Positions 42,774-45,383 of a stretch of DNA of 45,383 nucleotides are shown one piece after another. The notes under the pieces were generated by a model that was not told the origin of the DNA, did no database searches, and was given only the letters and a program-made list of their open reading frames with translations. Each line of letters begins with the position of its first letter. Within the stretch, counting starts at the first letter, position 1. The stretch covers positions 1-45,383 of IMG/VR virus record IMGVR_UViG_3300020045_012446; one strand, 5' to 3'. This DNA is from a virus (Duplodnaviria > Caudoviricetes). A program made the position numbers and the translations under genes.

Positions 42774-44842
42774 GGGAATGTACTTCCTGTTGGTGATACG
42801 TTAAAGTCTAATATTACAAATTCAACTGTTTTAGCAGGTTGGATATAAATCTGTCCTATAATTTGATTTCTATCTATTGTGTCAGATGTATTGTTGGTTT
42901 CATCCATAACAACTTTATAAGCATATAATCCATCTCTTTGTTGAATTGAATCAAGATATGGTCTTACTTTAGCTAAAAAGCTGTTTCTTGTTGCTATAGT
43001 ATTATTTTGGAATACAAGAGTATCACCAATTTGTCCTATATATGATTTTAACGCAATTAATAATCTTCTTACATTTATTCTATCTAATGCAGATGCTTTA
43101 GATGCTAGTGTTTTTTGTCCAAAAACTACATTACCATGTCCAGGAAATGTTCCAATTGGATTAACTTTACCTGAATATAATGTATCTCTATCAGAAGGGC
43201 TTAATTTTCTTTCTGCTTGTACTACATTAATTCCTCCTCTTTTAAAGCCAGCAGGAGCAAACCATTCTGCATCTACTTTATCATTATATGCATATACTGA
43301 TGGGATTATGGTTGATGGGGGAACCCATGTTAATTTTCCTGTATTAGGAGCATTAACTTGCACCCAAGGGTAATATGACGCAGCATATGTACTATCAATT
43401 TCAGATGCTTCTCCTATTGCAGTAGAAACATTTGCTCCTTTGTCTGCCAAATCTATAATAGCAATAGCATCCCCCCTATCTTGGGTATTTGATATTAATA
43501 AAGATATGGTCGCACTATCATTTGCTTGATTTAACCCAGGAACTGTTATTACATCATATTTAAATTCATCTTTATTTAAAAGTATATTTAAGGATGCAGT
43601 ATAATTAGATGCAGGAACACCATTCACCGAGGATAAATTTCCAGTAGCGTTTCCAAATGTTCCGCTCGCTACTAAAGGAATAGATGAGGTGTATTCAGAT
43701 TTTGCTACTCCATTATTATCAAAGTAATTTAATGTTGGGGAAATGGATTTTATTCTTATATATTTACTTCTGTTTTTATAATCTCCTACTATATTAATAT
43801 AATCATCTGTTAAAGTTGATGTTTGATTTCCTATTACTGATTCTACATAGTTTGGACTATTTGGATCTAAAGATAGATTTGACCAAGTTTCTAATATTGT
43901 TTTTGATGAGCTATTATCATCACCTCTTCTTACCAATAAATTAAATGTACCGTTTGCTATATTTACTGATGGCACCTCCCATCTTAGATTATTTATAGTA
44001 CCATTAGTTAATGCTCCTTTGATGTCTTCACTTCCTGAACTATTCATTAAATTACCTTCAGATAATGTTTCTATTACTAAAGAAGTATTAGGAACTCCTT
44101 CTGTTCCTCCTCCTAAAGATGCAGAGAAGCTATAAGAAGACAATTCTAATCCAACCCCCTGATATGCGGGAGTGAAATATAATGAATATCCATTATATTC
44201 TGTTCCATAAGTAGAGCCACTAACTTCTAATATTGAACTAGAGCTATTGAAAGAAGCAACTAATCCTATTTCTCCAAAATTCGTAATAGCATTTGCTAAT
44301 GCAGTTCCCCATTGGTTTTTAGTCCAACTTGATGAACCACTATTTACATTAAAATAAGTATAGTCTAGAGGGCCGTTGGTATAATCAATAACATATGGGG
44401 ATAAACTATATATATTTCCTCCAGGAGTTCCAATAGATACAGAATATAACGAACCTGTACTTGAATTAGTAAATGATGTTGTATTAATAGAAGTGTTTGC
44501 AACATTTCCGGTAATACCAAAAATTCCATTTTTAATATCAGAGGTTGCAGGAGCAAAAGTTCCAGATACTACTCTAGTTACAAGTAATGTATCTCCCCCT
44601 TGTTGGAAATAATTATATGCAGATATAGAAGTAAGATATTCATTTTTTGTTGACCCACTATCAAAAGATCCTCCGAATTTATTTAAAAACTCGCTATATG
44701 TTGTAACTAGTGTAGGTATATTTACCGGCCCATGTACTGTAGGGCCAACAATAGCGGCTCCTGCTACTTGAGGGCCTTGTGTAATTTGTGATGTGTTGTT
44801 TTCTCTGGTTAATACTCCCGGAGACAATAATGTTTCAGCCAT
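42764..44842 (-). CDS. Tail sheath protein
   Basis: LSPGV..RE, YYPW, PPS, WFAPAG..RG, NPI, FGQKT, RINVRRL, QPAKTVEF. Confidence 0.95.
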   Translation of the reverse strand: MAETLLSPGVLTRENNTSQITQGPQVAGAAIVGPTVHGPVNIPTLVTTYSEFLNKFGGSFDSGSTKNEYLTSISAYNYFQQGGDTLLVTRVVSGTFAPATSDIKNGIFGITGNVANTSINTTSFTNSSTGSLYSVSIGTPGGNIYSLSPYVIDYTNGPLDYTYFNVNSGSSSWTKNQWGTALANAITNFGEIGLVASFNSSSSILEVSGSTYGTEYNGYSLYFTPAYQGVGLELSSYSFSASLGGGTEGVPNTSLVIETLSEGNLMNSSGSEDIKGALTNGTINNLRWEVPSVNIANGTFNLLVRRGDDNSSSKTILETWSNLSLDPNSPNYVESVIGNQTSTLTDDYINIVGDYKNRSKYIRIKSISPTLNYFDNNGVAKSEYTSSIPLVASGTFGNATGNLSSVNGVPASNYTASLNILLNKDEFKYDVITVPGLNQANDSATISLLISNTQDRGDAIAIIDLADKGANVSTAIGEASEIDSTYAASYYPWVQVNAPNTGKLTWVPPSTIIPSVYAYNDKVDAEWFAPAGFKRGGINVVQAERKLSPSDRDTLYSGKVNPIGTFPGHGNVVFGQKTLASKASALDRINVRRLLIALKSYIGQIGDTLVFQNNTIATRNSFLAKVRPYLDSIQQRDGLYAYKVVMDETNNTSDTIDRNQIIGQIYIQPAKTVEFVILDFNVSPTGSTFPGK

Positions 44843-44873
44843 TATATTATTAGTTTATAGTTATTATTTAGAT

Positions 44874-44881
44874 ATAAATAT
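44874..44881 (-). promoter_or_regulatory. Putative late promoter ATATTTAT (representative copy; others at 16582, 19012, 23461, 34262, 36555, 37594, 40970, 41595)
   Basis: Nine copies 15-32 nt upstream of start codons, mostly of structural and lysis genes. Confidence 0.6.
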
Positions 44882-44906
44882 TAAATATTTTATGTAAAGC
44901 GGAGAA

Positions 44907-45140
44907 TTAGTATTCCCCACTTTCTAAATCAATATTTATATTATCTCCATATTTTTGTATTAAAAATTCTTTAACCGTTTTTTCTTCATCTCTTAATTCA
45001 GATAATATTTTTTTAATACTATCCTTTCGTTCTGATAATATAATTTCTGATAGAGATATGTCTCCCAATTCCATAACTATGGATTGGGATTTTATTTGTA
45101 GTTTTTGGAGTTGTTCTAATTCTTGTGGTTCTATCTTCAT
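44907..45140 (-). CDS. Small coiled-coil protein
   Basis: Heptad pattern with C-terminal KYG...IDLESG. Confidence 0.6.
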   Translation of the reverse strand: MKIEPQELEQLQKLQIKSQSIVMELGDISLSEIILSERKDSIKKILSELRDEEKTVKEFLIQKYGDNINIDLESGEY

Positions 45141-45141
45141 A

Positions 45142-45333
45142 TTAAATTACTTTTTCTAAACCCAATTCTTTCAAGACATAATCGACTATGATGTTATCAT
45201 CCTCTGCCCATTTTAGGTATATTTCAGAAGGTATTTCTAAATTACCATCAGCAAGCTGAATACCGTCTTTGTCGAATATTTGCCAATAACTTCCGCAAGT
45301 ATCTTGGAATAATTCAATATTAATCGGTCTCAC
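45142..45333 (-). CDS. Hypothetical protein (GTG start; may extend upstream)
   Basis: GN..I....Y..W..DD..I pattern. Confidence 0.5.
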   Translation of the reverse strand: MRPINIELFQDTCGSYWQIFDKDGIQLADGNLEIPSEIYLKWAEDDNIIVDYVLKELGLEKVI

Positions 45334-45383
45334 GTTAAACGAAACCCCTTCTTTTTTTGGTAGCCCAATTTGGACTGGTGCAA

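Noticed and set aside
44365-44556. Alternative-frame ORF inside the sheath gene
   Set aside because: Fully nested, with no initiation or motif support.
1-45383. Stop-codon reassignment (alternative genetic code)
   Set aside because: Conserved genes are full length under the standard code, and TAA, TAG and TGA all end genes at expected positions.
1-45383. CRISPR array, tRNA or rRNA genes
   Set aside because: No regularly spaced direct repeats or cloverleaf-like sequence seen; intergenic gaps are short. Not confirmed with a scanner.

Overview
A fragment of a large, AT-rich, contractile-tailed (myovirus-like) dsDNA phage genome. Nearly all genes are on the minus strand. The host is probably Bacteroidota, inferred from the absence of Shine-Dalgarno motifs, A-rich leaders and promoter shape. 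Read in transcription order (right to left) it contains: (1) a tail module with sheath, fibre-like protein, tube, a 4-gene fibre-like cassette, assembly chaperone, tape measure, baseplate proteins and a hub protein with a cell-wall hydrolase domain; (2) a replication/recombination module with a PolA-like protein, gp32-like SSB, UvsX/RecA, 5'-3' exonuclease, DnaB-like helicase and class II RNR; (3) a holin/GH19 lysis cassette; (4) a 7-deazaguanine DNA-modification cluster (queD, TGT/DpdA-like, queC, stand-alone Gat, folE, queE) mixed with an Acb1-like 2H phosphoesterase, a PTH2-like protein, a kinase and dUTPase; (5) a family B polymerase lacking its catalytic motif C. The first ~1.63 kb is GC-richer foreign LamG-domain sequence with an inverted duplication and is probably chimeric. 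Signals the ORF track misses: a -1 frameshift cassette at the sheath stop (GGGAAAG plus hairpin) that adds a linker and FDxTFDxTFE peptide; a +1/-2 frameshift at T7 in the tail chaperone; an H-type pseudoknot directly upstream of queC; two recurrent promoter motifs; and a shared N-terminal leader on unrelated proteins. All family assignments come from motif recognition, not database searches.
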